A stretch of DNA of 64,000 bases, taken from Hemiscyllium ocellatum. Its lineage: Eukaryota. The position numbers and the translations under genes were made by a program. The stretch covers positions 136,521,740 to 136,585,739 of the forward strand of contig NC_083401.1 of NCBI RefSeq assembly GCF_020745735.1, given 5' to 3'. This document shows, piece after piece, positions 1 to 12,860 of this stretch. How positions within the stretch are numbered: the first letter of the stretch is position 1; the number at the start of each line of letters is the position of its first letter. The notes below the pieces were generated by a model. It ran no database searches, was not told the origin of the DNA, and saw only the letters and a list, made by a program, of their open reading frames with translations.

Positions 1-50
1 CTGCATTCCGATTGACCAATCCTTTAACCTAGTATGCTTGTTCACTTTAG

Positions 51-271
51 TCTAGATTAGAGTGGTGCTGGAAAAGGACAGCAGGTCAAGCAGCACCCAA
101 GGAGCAGGAAAATCAACATTTCGGGCAAAAGCCCTTCATCAGGAAGATGAAGGGCTTTTGCCCGAAACATCGATTTTCCTGCTCTTTGGATGCTGCCTGA
201 CCTGCTGTGCTCTTCCAGCACCACTCTAATCTAGACTCTGGTTTCCAGCATCTGCAGTCATTGTTTTTAAC
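51..271. mobile_element. Palindromic Penelope-derived short element with 16-bp TSD
   Basis: Hairpin 49-237 (~90-bp arms). TSD tgcttgtYcactttag at 35-50 and 272-287. Confidence 0.8.
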
Positions 272-1280
272 TGCTTGTCCACTTTAGCCAGTTCTGCCAT
301 CATGCATTAGTTAAGTCCATTATTTAATTATTAATGTTTATTTAATTTTAAAAGATAGTCTTGCTTACACTCCACACTGTCTCAAATCAAATGTAAGATT
401 TAATATTACTGTTGTAGTGATTATGACATGGTCAGCCAGGTGGACCCTATAGAATATGAGTTCCCTGATTGGGCTGTTACTCTGGTCCGGTCAGGGAGCC
501 CTGGCTGACAGATAAGAACAAAAGTGTCAGACATCCTGTTCACCCTGCCAGCTACATCTGAGGAAAGCTGACCCAGTGTCAGGTACATGCATGTATAAGT
601 AAAGGGTGACTTGGAGATGGGATACAGGCCTCTGTGGTGTTATTTCAGTAGTCACTATGAAATTGTTAATTAAACCTATCTTATTGCATGATACCAGGCT
701 TATGTATATTCTGCTCTCTGGCCAACTCTAAAACATGCCACAAAACCCCAATGAATTGGTCCACATTGGATGTCTTTACTAATCTGACTTTTCCACTCTG
801 TGTCTAAATATGGAGAACTTTGTAAATCCCCCAACTATACTGTATCCTACTATCACCACAGTCTTGTGTGGTCATACCTATTTGAATGGCTTCCTGCACC
901 CGTTTGCCATAACTTGTTGCCTCATCCATCCAACATCAACCACTCCCATTGAAATATTCTGAAAGACTATCAAACATATTGGATAAGTGCAAAACCTTCT
1001 GCTCTCCTGCCCTCTTGGTCTCCTTCCCTGCCTCACTTACAGTTGCAATCCCACATCCCTGAATACTCGCCAAATCACCACCCATAAGAGGTATGACTGA
1101 CTGCTTGTATAAAGACTCCAGGAAATGTTCCACTCCCTTGATGTATTGAAATATCTGTAGTTCAACTTCCAGTTGATAAACGCTGAGCCAAAGCTGGTTA
1201 AACTCCGGACCCTTTACCATAGCCAGGTTTGCCTTGGATCAGCTTAGCATCCAGGTGCTCCCATATCCTGCAACTGTGGA

Positions 1281-1565
1281 GAGGCACAGTGGCCCAGTGG
1301 TTAGCACTGCTGCCAAACAGTGCCAGAGACCTGGCTTCAATTCCCACCTCAGGGGACTAACTGTGTGGAATTTGCACGTTCTCCCAGTGTCTGTGTGGAT
1401 TTGCTCCGGTTTCCTCCCACAGTCCAAAGATGTGTGGGTCAGGTAAATTGGCCATGCTAAATTGCCTGGAGTGTTAGGTTAGGGGTATGGGTGGGTTGCG
1501 GGTCAGTGTGGACTTGTTGGGCTGAAGGGCCTGTCTCCACACTATAAGTAATCTAATCTAATCTC
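1281..1565 (+). mobile_element. HE1-like SINE
   Basis: gtggttagcactgctgcc head, aatctaatct tail. Confidence 0.85.
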
Positions 1566-1817
1566 CAGTGCTGCCACCTTTAATGTGTTCTAAGTTATTA
1601 TTTCATTTTACTTGCCTTTTTATTTATTTATGTATTTATTTGCCTTTTCATTTATATTTTTTAACCTCATCACCAGTAGGTATAATATTTTGAGCATTTG
1701 GAATAGAACAACCTTTGTCACCCTAACAGATGCTCACCAAATAATTACCATCTTCAACTGAGGAAGAGAAAAAAAATAATTCCTGGAAGCAAAAATAGTA
1801 TTTCTGCTATAAGTTAG

Positions 1818-2460
1818 TGCCTGCCATGGTGGTTCAGTGGTTAACACTGCTGCCTCTCAGGACCAGGGTTCAATTCCACCCTTGGGAAACTGTCTTGCAT
1901 ATTCTTCCCGTGTCTATCTGGCTTTCCTCTAGGTGCGCCAGTTTCCTTCCACAGTCCAAAGATGTGCAGGATAGGTTGGTTGGCCACGCTAAATTACCTG
2001 TAATATTCAGGGATGTGCACACTCGGTGTATTGCCTGTGGGCAATGCAGGGTTACAGGCAGAGGATAGGGGATTGCTGGGTGGGATGTTGTTTGGCAGTT
2101 TGGTGCAGAGTTGCTAGGCTAAGTCTGCCAGGTGGCACAGTGATTAGCACTGCTGCCTTACAGCACCAGAGTCCCAGGTTCAATTCCAACCTCAGGTGGC
2201 TGTCTGTGTGGAGTTTCTGTGTTCTCCCTGTGTCTGTGTGGGTACCCTCTGGGTGATCTGATTTTCTCCCACGGTCTAACGATGTGCAGGTCAGGTGAAT
2301 TGGTCATGCTAAATTGCCCATAGCACTAGGTGCATTAGTCAAGGGTGGGTTACTCTTCGGAGGGTCGGTGTGGACTTGTTGGGCCGAAGGGCCTGTTTCC
2401 ATACTGTAGGGAATCTAATCGTCTAAATGGCCTGCTTTCACATTGTAGGGGTTCTATGAT
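1818..2460 (+). mobile_element. Two nested or adjacent HE1-like SINEs
   Basis: Two tRNA-like heads (~1825 and ~2132) and a shared body sequence. Confidence 0.8.
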
Positions 2461-2699
2461 TGAACCGATATCGCTTTACATCTTGCATGCATATGTAATA
2501 GCAGTTACAGTTGTCCATCATTTCAGTTCAATAAAAGTATTTAATGTGTGGATAAGTGCTCACTATAAAAACCAACACTTACAGGGCTCAATGTTAACTT
2601 GTGCAAATGGGTAGGGAAAAAAATCAATGGAAAATTAAAGTTAACACCTAGGACTTGACACCAATATGTTCACTTTACAGCCTTACAGTCTTTGTATTA

Positions 2700-3192
2700 T
2701 TTACTTGGAGAGAGTTCAGAAAAGATTTACAGGGATATTGCGGGGAGTGGAGGGTTTGAGCTTGAAGGAGAAGCTGGGTAGGCTGGATCTTCTCTCACTG
2801 GAGTGTAGGAGGTTCAGGGGTAACCTTATAAAGGTTTATAAAATCATGAGGGGCATGGATTGGGTACAAAGCAATGGTACTTTTCCATGGGTGGGGGAAT
2901 TCAAAACTAAAGGGCATATTTTTAAGGTCAGAGGAGAAAGATTTAAAAGGGACCTGATGGACTATTTTTTCACACAGAGGCTGGTTTGTATGTGGAATGA
3001 ACTGCCAGAGGAAGTGGTAGATGCAGGTACAGTTAATAAGACAGTTTAGATAGGTACATAAACAGGAAAGGTTTAGAAGAACATGGGCCAAACACAGATA
3101 AGTGGGACTAGTTTGCTTTGAGAAAATTAATAAGTGTGGATGAGTTGGAGTGAAGGGACTGTTTTTGTGCTGAAAGACTCTATGACTCTATG
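2700..3192 (+). mobile_element. CR1 LINE 3' fragment
   Basis: LERVQKRFT...FFTQRLV; gactctat tail. Confidence 0.9.
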
Positions 3193-3939
3193 TTAATGTC
3201 TAAGTCTCATTCAGCTATTGTAACATTTGGCAGAGGAAGTTAAATTGAGATACTGTCACTGAGGGGGAGAAGCCATTTTAGGGCCAGGACACCAATCCCT
3301 CCTACAGGGGGGTGTGGGGACCACTAGTGCAGGGAACCTACAGAGTAGATATTTATTTAGAGCTTAGATCAGTGTTTGTTGAGGATTCTACAATTCTACA
3401 AGATGAACAACAAGGAACTTTAGGAGCTTGAGCTGAAAAGTCCTCAAATCAGTAACCAACCACTAGATACATTTGCCACATGTACATCCCCAGGTAAGTT
3501 GTATAAAACCATTCATCATGGCTCCTCCCAGTCACCCAGCTGATTTGCCCTATTATCAAGATTTGGCACTGTCTATGAGCTCCTCATTGACTAATTTGAA
3601 ACTGGCTCCACTGCAGAACCAGCCTGGCTACATTCACATGAATTACAAAGAAAAGTATATGACCTCTGCTTCATCTACTGAGTCACGGTTACCTTACTTA
3701 TTTTATAAGCATTCATGGGATGTGAACTTTGCTAGCTGGGCCAATATTTATTACCGTTCCTTACTGGCCTTTGAGAAGGTGCCTGAGCTACTTTCTTGAA
3801 CCACTGCAGTCCATTTGGTTTAGGTGCACCCTCAATGCTATAGGGAGGGTGTTTTAGGATTTTGACCCAGTGGTACTGAAGAAATGACAATATATTTCCA
3901 AGTCAGGATGGTGAGTGACTTGGAGTGGATCTTGATGAA

Positions 3940-4292
3940 TCATAGAATCCCTACAGTGTGGACACAGGCCCTTCGATCCAACAAGTCCATGTCAACCCTC
4001 TGTAGAGTGTCCCATCCAAACCTATCCTCCTACCCTATTACTCTACATTTACCCCTAACTAATGCATCCAACCTACACATCCCTGAACACTATGGCAATT
4101 TAGCATGGCCAATTCACCTAACCTGCACATCTTTGGACTGTGGGGGGAAACCAGAGCACCCGGAGAAAACCCACACAGACACAGGGAGAATGTGCAAAAT
4201 CCTCACAGACAGTTGCCCAAGCCTGGTATCCAACTTGGGTTTCCCGGCACTATGAGGCAGCAGTACTAACCCCTGAGTCACCGTGCCACCCC
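3940..4292 (-). mobile_element. HE1-like SINE inserted in an older LINE
   Basis: Reverse complement of the SINE consensus. Confidence 0.8.
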
Positions 4293-5303
4293 ATTGTTCC
4301 TATGTTTTCTTCTTGACAGTGGTTGTGGATTTGGATGGTATTGCTTAAGGAACCTTGGTAAATTTCTACAATGCATCATGTAGATGGTACACACTGCTGC
4401 TACTGAACACCAGTGGTGGAGGGAGTGTATATTTGTGGATGTGATGTCAATCAAGCCACTGCTTTTCCCTAAATGGTGTCAAGTTTCTTGAGGGTTGTTG
4501 GAACTACACCTATCCAGGCAAATGGGGAATAGTCCATCACACTCCTGACTGGTGCCTTGTAGATGATGGACAGGCTTTAGGGAGTCAGGAGATTACTTCC
4601 TGCAGGATTTCTAGCTTCCGAACTGTCCTTCCAGCCATGGTTTATATACCAACAAAGTTGTTCTGTTTCTGGTCATAAAAATCCATGGAAATTTACAGGC
4701 TTAAACCTGAAATCAGCCAGAATGTATCTTTTGTCTTTATTTAAGGAGAACACAGAATATTAATATTAGTCAATCTATTAAATTTATCTAATTAAGAAAC
4801 ACACAACAGTTTATCTGAAGATTAATGAACAATGACAACACACATTCTTCATCTTCTTCTTTTCTGATGTCCAGAATAACAAACTTGACATTAACTTTCC
4901 ATTACTACAGTCATTAAAGTTGAACAACTGATGATATCCATCTCATTTAAAATCTATCACAAGTTCAAAATATTTCACCGTGTGCCTGACTGTGTTTTGG
5001 TTGCAAATTATTTTCTAACACTGATGAAGAACTGCAAGCAAATTCATTTCAGTCACAGAATAATTTGCAATATATAAGCAAGTATCTTTTATTTATGCGC
5101 ATGCTAGACTTTGAAAATAAAATTCAGAGCTGTCCCGAAGTTTTAGGAACAACATCAGGCAGTTTTCATTGGCAGTGAGTAAACAATTACAGTGTGACAG
5201 GGTTAAAACTTAAAATCATTTTTGTAAAATAAAGCAGGGTAAATATTCAAACAAGCCATCGGATGGTGCTAGCAGAGAATTAATGTCCTGGACAAAGCAG
5301 CTT

Positions 5304-5395
5304 TCATTTCCATGCCCCATTTTCTTCCAGTTTCTCTTGTTTGAAATTAAGTCCTTCCCATTGTGGCTTTGCTTCTTTTTTGCGTGAACTGGCAT
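5304..5395 (-). CDS. Probable last coding exon (exon 4) of chemokine gene A, encoding (D)ASSRKKEAKPQWEGLNFKQEKLEENGAWK*
   Basis: Acceptor tttgatttaaatttcag|AT resembles the B exon-4 acceptor (tcatttaactatttcag). Phase-1 compatible and open to TGA. Starts with a basic SSRKK like the SRRRN of B/C. Followed by repeat-free AT-rich sequence with minus-strand AATAAA near 5090 and 4740. Splicing is inferred, not shown. Confidence 0.55.
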
Positions 5396-7099
5396 CTGAA
5401 ATTTAAATCAAAAATCATATTTCGCCACTAACTGCAGGTGTTTATTTTAGTACAGAAATATCAGGCAGGATTTCCCCATTTGAACTTAAAGAATGGTGGT
5501 GAGTGAGTTTTATGGTGTAATTTCTGCTGTGACCTAATTATATCATACAGTCACGCACTTCTCACCTCATTGTTTGTGCAAGTGTGATGTCCAGTGCATT
5601 ACTTAGCGAATCATATGGTGAAGCAGAAGGAAGTGGATGCCACTGCTGAGACCTTCTGTCTTTGAAAGGTCTGAGGTATCTTTAGAGTGCAGCTTGATAC
5701 CACTTCAGATGCTGCAAGTCAGAAACTGCTCTTCACACTGCACTGCCCACCTTTTAAAGTCTCAACACAGGATCCAGAAGAAAAATAAGCCAACTCCTTG
5801 CTTCATGGAGAAAGCTCTAAGGCACTGGTGAATGGGGTGATGGAGAGATCAGTTCTCTTCCCAGCTGACTGCAACAAGAGGCCACCCTACATGATATGTC
5901 CAGCCTGGACAGAAATAGCAATATGGGCCAGTGCCGACCCCTCCATCAGCAGTGCAGACAGGAAGCCAATGCACTCTGCCATGGTAAGTGGCACCATTAC
6001 ACCTTTGCTACGTCTCCTTGCATGGGCATCACTCACTTTAATTTTGCCACTGCACCTCACCAAGGTTAGCGAACTACAACCCAGAAGCAGGCCATCACTT
6101 TAGCCTTGGGAATTCAACATCAATGGAGTCAAGGGACCTTGAGCTCCCTCCAACTAATCCTTCCTCTCCAGGTGACAAGTGATACACATTCTCTCCGTGT
6201 CTGCGTGGGTTTCGTCCCGGTGCTCCGGTTTCCTCCCACAGTCCAAAGATGTGCAGGTTAGGTGGATTGGCCATGTTAAATTGCCCCTAGTGTTAGGTGC
6301 ATTAGTCAGAGGGAAATGGGTCTGGATGGGTTGCTCTTAGGAGGGTCGGTGTGGACTTGTTGGGCCGAAGGGCCAGATTCCACACTGTAGGGAATCGAAT
6401 TAAACCTGCAGTCACCCAGAGGAAGGAGCAGCACACACAGGAACCACAAGGGATTCTTCTCAGGGCTGATGTGCCCTGACAGCCTCCTGTCCGTGATCCC
6501 AAAGACTACCACAGTTCACGGTAAGGAGGGTGAACTTGCATCTGCACAGAAGAATCTCAGTGGGCCTTGGCTGTCTAGGGCCAAGGGCATCAGGGGTAAC
6601 TATCCAAATCTTCCAAGTTAACAGGGCCAGATCAGACTCCCTTCACCCCCCGATTCAGGCATTGGGACTATATCTAGTATTGGGAGGGCAATGAGGAAAA
6701 AAACACACTGAGGGCACATTGTTGCTGCATCACTGTAAATAAGCCACTGGTTTTGTCAGTATATTTTCATTTGCACTGTTACAGTGTCAGCTGTAGTATT
6801 GTTTTCACTGCAGCACCTAGTTAAATTGATCATGTAAGAGACAAGGTCGTCATCCCAAGGATGTAACCGTTTGCATTACAATTGGAAAATGTTGGTCATA
6901 TCTCACAATCAATCAAGGCTTTGACTGCAGAAAACTTGACATCAGTGATCCTTAAAATTTAACTTTGAGGACTGTAGCCAAGGCATTGCACATTAATGTG
7001 AAGGACACTGATGTTAAAGCCAATTTCCGGGGATAGTGCCAGACCCGGTGACCTACTTCATGGTTGAATGTGCAGAACCAGCGATGATTCCACACATCT

Positions 7100-8805
7100 C
7101 TTAAAGGATGACTAGGGTAGGAATAGGCCTGTCAAAGACAAAAGTGGGAAGTTGCATGTGGCCCCGTGGAGATCAGAGAGGTGCTAAACGAATATTTGTC
7201 ATCTGTTTTCAATCAGGAAAAGGAGAATATTGTAGAGGAGAAGATACAGGCTATTAGGCTTGAAAGGATTGAGGTTAGTAAGGAGGAGGTGTTATCAATT
7301 CTAGAAGGTGTGTAAGTAGATAAGTCTCCTGGGCGGATGGGATTTTCCAAGAATTCTCTGGGAAGCTCAGTAGGAGAGTTAGGAGCCTTTGACCTTGATC
7401 TTTGAGTCACCGTTGTCTACAGGTTTAGTACCAAAGGACTGGAGGATTGCAAATGTTGTTCAAGAAGGGCAGCAAAGATGACCCAGGTAATTATAGACCC
7501 GTGAGCCTTACATCTGTTGTAGGAAATGTTTTGGAAAGGATTATAAGAGATAGGATTTATAATCATCTAACAAGCAACAATTTGATTGGAAATAGTCAAC
7601 ACGGATTCGTCAAGGGCATGTCGTGTCTCACAAACCTCACTGAGTTTTTTGAGAATGTGACCAAGCATATGGATGAGGGTAGGGCAGTTAACGTGGTGTA
7701 CATGGACTTCAATAAAGCCTTTGATAAGATTCCACATGGTAGGCTATTGGAGAAAATGTGGAGGCATGGGATTGAAGGTGATTTAACAGTTTGGATTACA
7801 AACCAGCTTTCTATAAGAAGGCAACTAGTGGTGGTTGATGGAAATATTCAGCCTGGAGTCCGGTTATTAGTGGTGTCCCACAAGGATCTGTTTTGGGACT
7901 ACTGCTGTTTGTTATTAGTAAGTTTGCAGATGATACCAAAGTCGGTGGAGTGGTGGACAGGTTGCAGGGGGACTTGGATAAACTGTAGAATTGGACTGAA
8001 AGGCAGCAAATGGAGTTCAATGCAGATAAATGCGAGGTGATACACTTTGGGAAGAATAACAGGAATGCAGAATACTGGGTCAATGGAAACATTCTTAGTA
8101 CTATGGATGTGCAGAGGGACCTTGGTGTCAATGTACATAGATCCCTGAAAGTTGCCACCCAAGTTGATAGTGCTGTGAAGAAGGCATACGGTGTGTTAGG
8201 TTTTATTGGTAGAGGGATTGAGTTCCGTAGCTGTGATGTCATGCTGCAACTGTACAAAACACTAGTGCGGCCTCACTTGGAGTATTGTGTGCATTTCTGG
8301 TCGCCCCCATTACAAGGAGGATGTGGAAGCAGTGGAAAAAGTGCAGAGGAGGTTTATCAGGATGTTGCCTGGTCTGGAGCAAAGGTTTTTATGAGGAAAG
8401 GCTGAGGGACTTGGGTCTGTTCTCATTTGGAGAGAAGAAGGCTAAGAGGGGATTTAATAGAGACATACATGATGGTCAGAAGATTAGATAGGGTGGACAG
8501 TGAGAGTCTTTTTCCTAGGATGATGATGTCTACTTGTACGAGGGAGTATAGCTACAAATTGAAGGGTAATAGATTTAAGACAGATGTTAGAGGCAGGTTC
8601 TTTGCTTCTTTGCTCAGAGAGTGGTAAGGGCGTGGAATGCCTTGTCTGCCAATGTAGTTAACTCAGCCACATTAGGGAGATTTAAACAATCCTTGGATAA
8701 GCATAGGGATGATGATGGGATTGTGGGCTTAGATTAGTTCACAGGTCAGCACAACATTGTGGGTTGAAGTGCCTGTTCTGCTCTGTATTGTTCTATGTTC
8801 TATGA
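7100..8805 (+). mobile_element. 5'-truncated CR1 LINE (RT region and 3' tail)
   Basis: PGNYRPVSLTS, QHGF, DFNKAFD, YKTLVRPHLEYC; ttctatg tail. Confidence 0.92.
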
Positions 8806-9299
8806 TATTGGTGCCCCTCCAGTTTAGATGCAACCCATCCATCTAGTAGAAGTCTCACCTCCAAGTGGAGAAGAAGGCCCTCAACGTTTTCAGAGTGAGA
8901 AAATTTTACCATATTTATTGAGCTGACAGGTCATTCTGCTAACAGGTCACCGCCCCTCATCTTTGATCCTTCTTTGGCCTGGGCACTGGGATTTCCTCAG
9001 CAGCAGCCTCCCTCATTGGTGATAGTCAGCCTCAGAGGTGGGCTCTATTCCCTTCAGCATATTCATATGATGTAAAATACCGGACATCGGAGCAACATGT
9101 AAATGCAGATCCATCTTCCAGGCTGCCCTTGCTCTCCAGTCAAGGGCAATCCAGTCATGGGTTGAAGATTCTCTACTTCTCCCAATCAGGAAATGACATC
9201 ATTTTAAACCATGTGATGGATAATCTCCTAAAAGGACAGAAACCACCTGGAACTTAAGCCGTATATGTCCTGGAGCTGGGAATAGTCAAATCGGAACAG

Positions 9300-9970
9300 C
9301 TGTCTGCTATGGGAAATAAGGGAAATAATCTCTCTGTATATCACAAAGATACAAGCTGCTGGAGCAGTTCAATAAGGGTCATGAGAACAAAAGAGCTTTC
9401 CAGGAGGTAATCTTTGATGATTGGATATGGATGGCCAGATCAAAGCTAGCTTGTGCCAGGTGTACACAAAAATCAGGATCACAGTGCTATTGTTATCATT
9501 ACACACTGGGAATGGGCTGAGGTGCCATGACAATGTGCCCACATTAATTTTGCCCACCTTTTAAGGGTCAATTGCTGCTGATGGTAGCTGGTGCTCATTC
9601 TAACTGTAGTTGTAATGAAATCTTCTTCTGCAGGCCTGGCCCTTGAGAAAGTGGATAAAATGTTTCTAAAGTTTAGAAACTCTGAGAAAGTTTTCAGCAA
9701 CAATGGCCCTCAGTTCCTTATGGAGGAGTTTACTGACTCATGGAATGCAATGGCATTCGGCACATTAGGTCAGTGCTCTATCTTCTCTAAGTGATCTTGT
9801 GGAAATGTTCATGCAATCATTAAAACACGTATTGAAAGTGTTAAAGGGGAAGGGGAGCTAGTTAACAGCTTCCTGAACATGTACTGAAGCACACCCCATG
9901 CCACTACCTAGAACTCCCTGGAATACTTACCGCTCAAAAGGAAGTTATGTACTACTTTCAACAAATTGCT
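9300..9970 (+). mobile_element. Degenerate Gypsy/Ty3 integrase remnant
   Basis: Frameshifted remnants of HIDFAGPF, SDNGPQF..EF (SNNGPQFLMEEF) and TPHATT motifs. Confidence 0.7.
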
Positions 9971-9974
9971 GACT

Positions 9975-10320
9975 GAATCATAAAATCCCTACAGTGTGGA
10001 AGCAGGCCATTCTGCCCATCAAGTCCACACTGACCCTTCAAATAGCATCCCAATCACATACTCTATCTATGTGCCCACAACCCTGCATTTCCCATAGCTA
10101 ATCTATATAGTATGCACATCCCTGGACACTACAGGGAATTTCGCACAGCCAAACCACCTAACCTAATTTTGGACAGCCAGAGGAAACTGAAGCATCCAGA
10201 GGAAACCCACGCAGACACAGGGAGAATATGCAAACTCCATGTAGACAGTCACCCCATGGTGGAATCAAACTCAAGTCCTGTGAGGAAGCAGTGCTAACCA
10301 CTGAGCCACTGTGCTGCTTC
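9975..10320 (-). mobile_element. HE1-like SINE
   Basis: Reverse complement of the SINE consensus. Confidence 0.8.
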
Positions 10321-10749
10321 TGTTCCATGCCATCCCATGAAGAAACACAAAAGATTGTTGAGAAGATTCAATTAACCCAGATGTCCAGAAAGGAAACAAA
10401 TTCCAAGGGTCACTGTTTTTGGCAGGATGGAAATCCAGCTCCAGGCTGCTTTAATGGTTTCCTCCCATGCAGGTGGACAGGCCATCTCTATACTGAGCAT
10501 CCTTGTGCTCTCCTGCTTTTAGCAGTACCAAGCTCCCCTGCTGGGCCCGCCAGCCTGACATCAGTGTGAGTCGGATGATTACTATTGCAGCATCAAGACT
10601 GTGAATAAGAAGGGGACTATTTAAGAACATTTTCCTGATTGGCCTGCAGAGAACCTTTGCATCTTGCAATCTCCATGTGGGTTTGATGCAGTGATCTCAA
10701 TTTCTATTGGAATGTGCAGTCTGAATTTGGACAAATGCCAAATACCAAC

Positions 10750-12645
10750 CTTTCTTTGCTTTAATGATGATCTTCACCCACTCAGCATCAGGGCTCACAC
10801 ATAATTTCTTCCCCGTTTTCATGGTGACACTGTGAAGAGAAGGAAAACCTATATAAATCGATCATCCGCATAAACTAGATATCTCCCTCTGAGAATTGAG
10901 AATTTAGCTAGACTTTGAAATAAACTACCTGCTTCATAAACAATGATTGATCCAACATGTTTTCAGGAAGTAACACAGTTTTTAAATAGCCATACCACCA
11001 AGCAGAAAGGTTAAAGATGATATTCTCACATTATCTCCAGCATCTCACAGTGCGATCCTTTGGGAATGTATTTGAAACTCTTGATGAGCTTTGGATTGAT
11101 GAACTCAGAGCTGGTGTTGAGGCACAAGCATCGGGCTTGAGGTCCTGGCACAGGGATACCTGTGCAAAGATTGATTTATATTATTGATTGAAGGAGAGTG
11201 AATCTTTGCACTTAGTTCCAATGTGAGATATCTTAACATATTTCTGCATGACTCACAATAAAATACCAATTGGCTGTCTAAATAATGGCAATGAATCAAG
11301 TTATTCTGTTATCTTGGAAATAAAAAGTAATTGCTAAAATGCTATAGTGCAGAAGGAAGCCATTTGAGCCATTTTGTCTTCATTGGCTTTTCAAATGATC
11401 ATCACTCCCTGCAGCCAAACTCATGTTTTATTCTCCATACATGCACGCTTCAGTTTGTTCTACCCAAATAATCATCAAATACCCTCTTTCTTGCCTCAAT
11501 TGAACTTGCATCCACAACATCCTTGAAAGTGGAGTTGTAGATTGATAGGATAGTGAAGAAAGCCCTTTGGTTTGCTTTCCTTTATTGGTCAGAGGATTGA
11601 GTACAGGAGTTGGGAGGTCATGTTGCAGCTGTACAGGACAATGATTAGGCCACTTTTGGAATACTGCGTGCCATTCTGGTCTCCTTCCTATCGGAAGGAC
11701 ATTGTGAAACTTGAAAGGGTTCAGGAAAGATTTACAAGGATGTTGACAGGGTTGGAGGATGTGCGTTATTGGGAGAGGTTGAAACAGCTGGGGCTGTTTT
11801 CAAAGGACCGCGGAGGCTGAGGGGTGACCTTATAGAGGTTTACAAAACTATGAGGGGCATGGATTGGATAAATACACAAAGTCTTTTCCCTGGGGTGGTG
11901 GAGTCCAGAACTAGAGGGCATAGGTTTAGGGTGAGAGGGGAAAGATATAAAAGAGACCTAAGATGCAACCTTTTCACGCAGAGGGTGGTACTTGTATGGA
12001 ATGAGTTACCAGGAGAAGTGGTGGAGGCTAGTGACATTTAAAATAAATCTGCATATGTATATGAACAGGAAGGGTTTAGAGGGACATGGGCCAGTTGCTG
12101 GCAGGTGGGACTTGAAGGTTTTCCTGATTGGCCTGCAGAGAACATCTGCATCTTGCAATCACCATGTGGGGTTGATGCAGTGATCTCAGTCAGGGCTCTC
12201 TGATATCTGGGATATTTGGTCAGCATGGACAAGTTGGACCAAAGGGTCTGTTTCCGTGCTGTACATCTCTATGATTCTATTTCTAAGCAGGGCATTTCAC
12301 ATCACTATTAATTGCATGGAATAGTAATTTCTCACAAGAAAATCTTTTTTACTTGCAAACATCAAGGTTAAAGTGGATTAAAGTGATTAAATACCCCAAT
12401 ATTAATAACAAACATTCGAACTAGCATTGTACTGTCAATAATATTGGTGATCATTAACAGTTTAATGAATATCCAAAGAGCAAGCTGACACATGTATGAC
12501 TGGTCAATAAGTCAGTAGAAAGATTCCATTCTATATTATAGTGCAGGACAAAAAGTAAAGTACAAGAGAGAAATGTTGACATACCCTGTGCAGTTATAGC
12601 ACACAAAAGCAGGATGATAGTTATTGCAGTTGTTGCCTTGATCAT
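10750..12645 (-). CDS. CXC chemokine gene A (non-ELR, IL-8/CXCL9-11-like), exons 1-3: complement(join(10750..10829,11030..11159,12585..12645))
   Basis: Spliced translation: MIKATTAITIILLLCAITAQGIPVPGPQARCLCLNTSSEFINPKLIKSFKYIPKGSHCEMLEIIVTMKTGKKLCVSPDAEWVKIIIKAKK. Signal peptide, C-L-C plus two further Cys, WVK helix. GT-AG introns with exon sizes 61/130/80, identical to paralogs B and C. Confidence 0.93.
11522..12280 (+). mobile_element. CR1 LINE 3' fragment in intron 1 of gene A
   Basis: Highly similar to 42460-43140; ctctatgattctat tail. Confidence 0.9.
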
Positions 12646-12744
12646 CTTTGTGCTGTTGAATAGATTACTGCTGAATGATCTGATGTCAACCTCAGAGAAT
12701 CTTCATCTGTTGAGTGAAGTTCTGCTAAAGAGGAGCAAAACAAC

Positions 12745-12860
12745 TATTATTTATTGAGATCCTCTGCTCTCACTTTGAATAATCTCATACAGCAAAATCT
12801 GCTGAAAATCCCGTGGAATGGAGTTTCCCTGTTCCTTGGTCAAGTTTTCTTTCGCTTTTG
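12745..12860 (-). promoter_or_regulatory. Gene A proximal promoter: IRF-E (AAAAGCGAAAG), NF-kB sites (GGGAAACTCC 12820-12829; GGGATTTTC 12804-12812), TATA-like AATAAATA
   Basis: Motif order and spacing are conserved with the B/C/D promoters. Confidence 0.6.
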
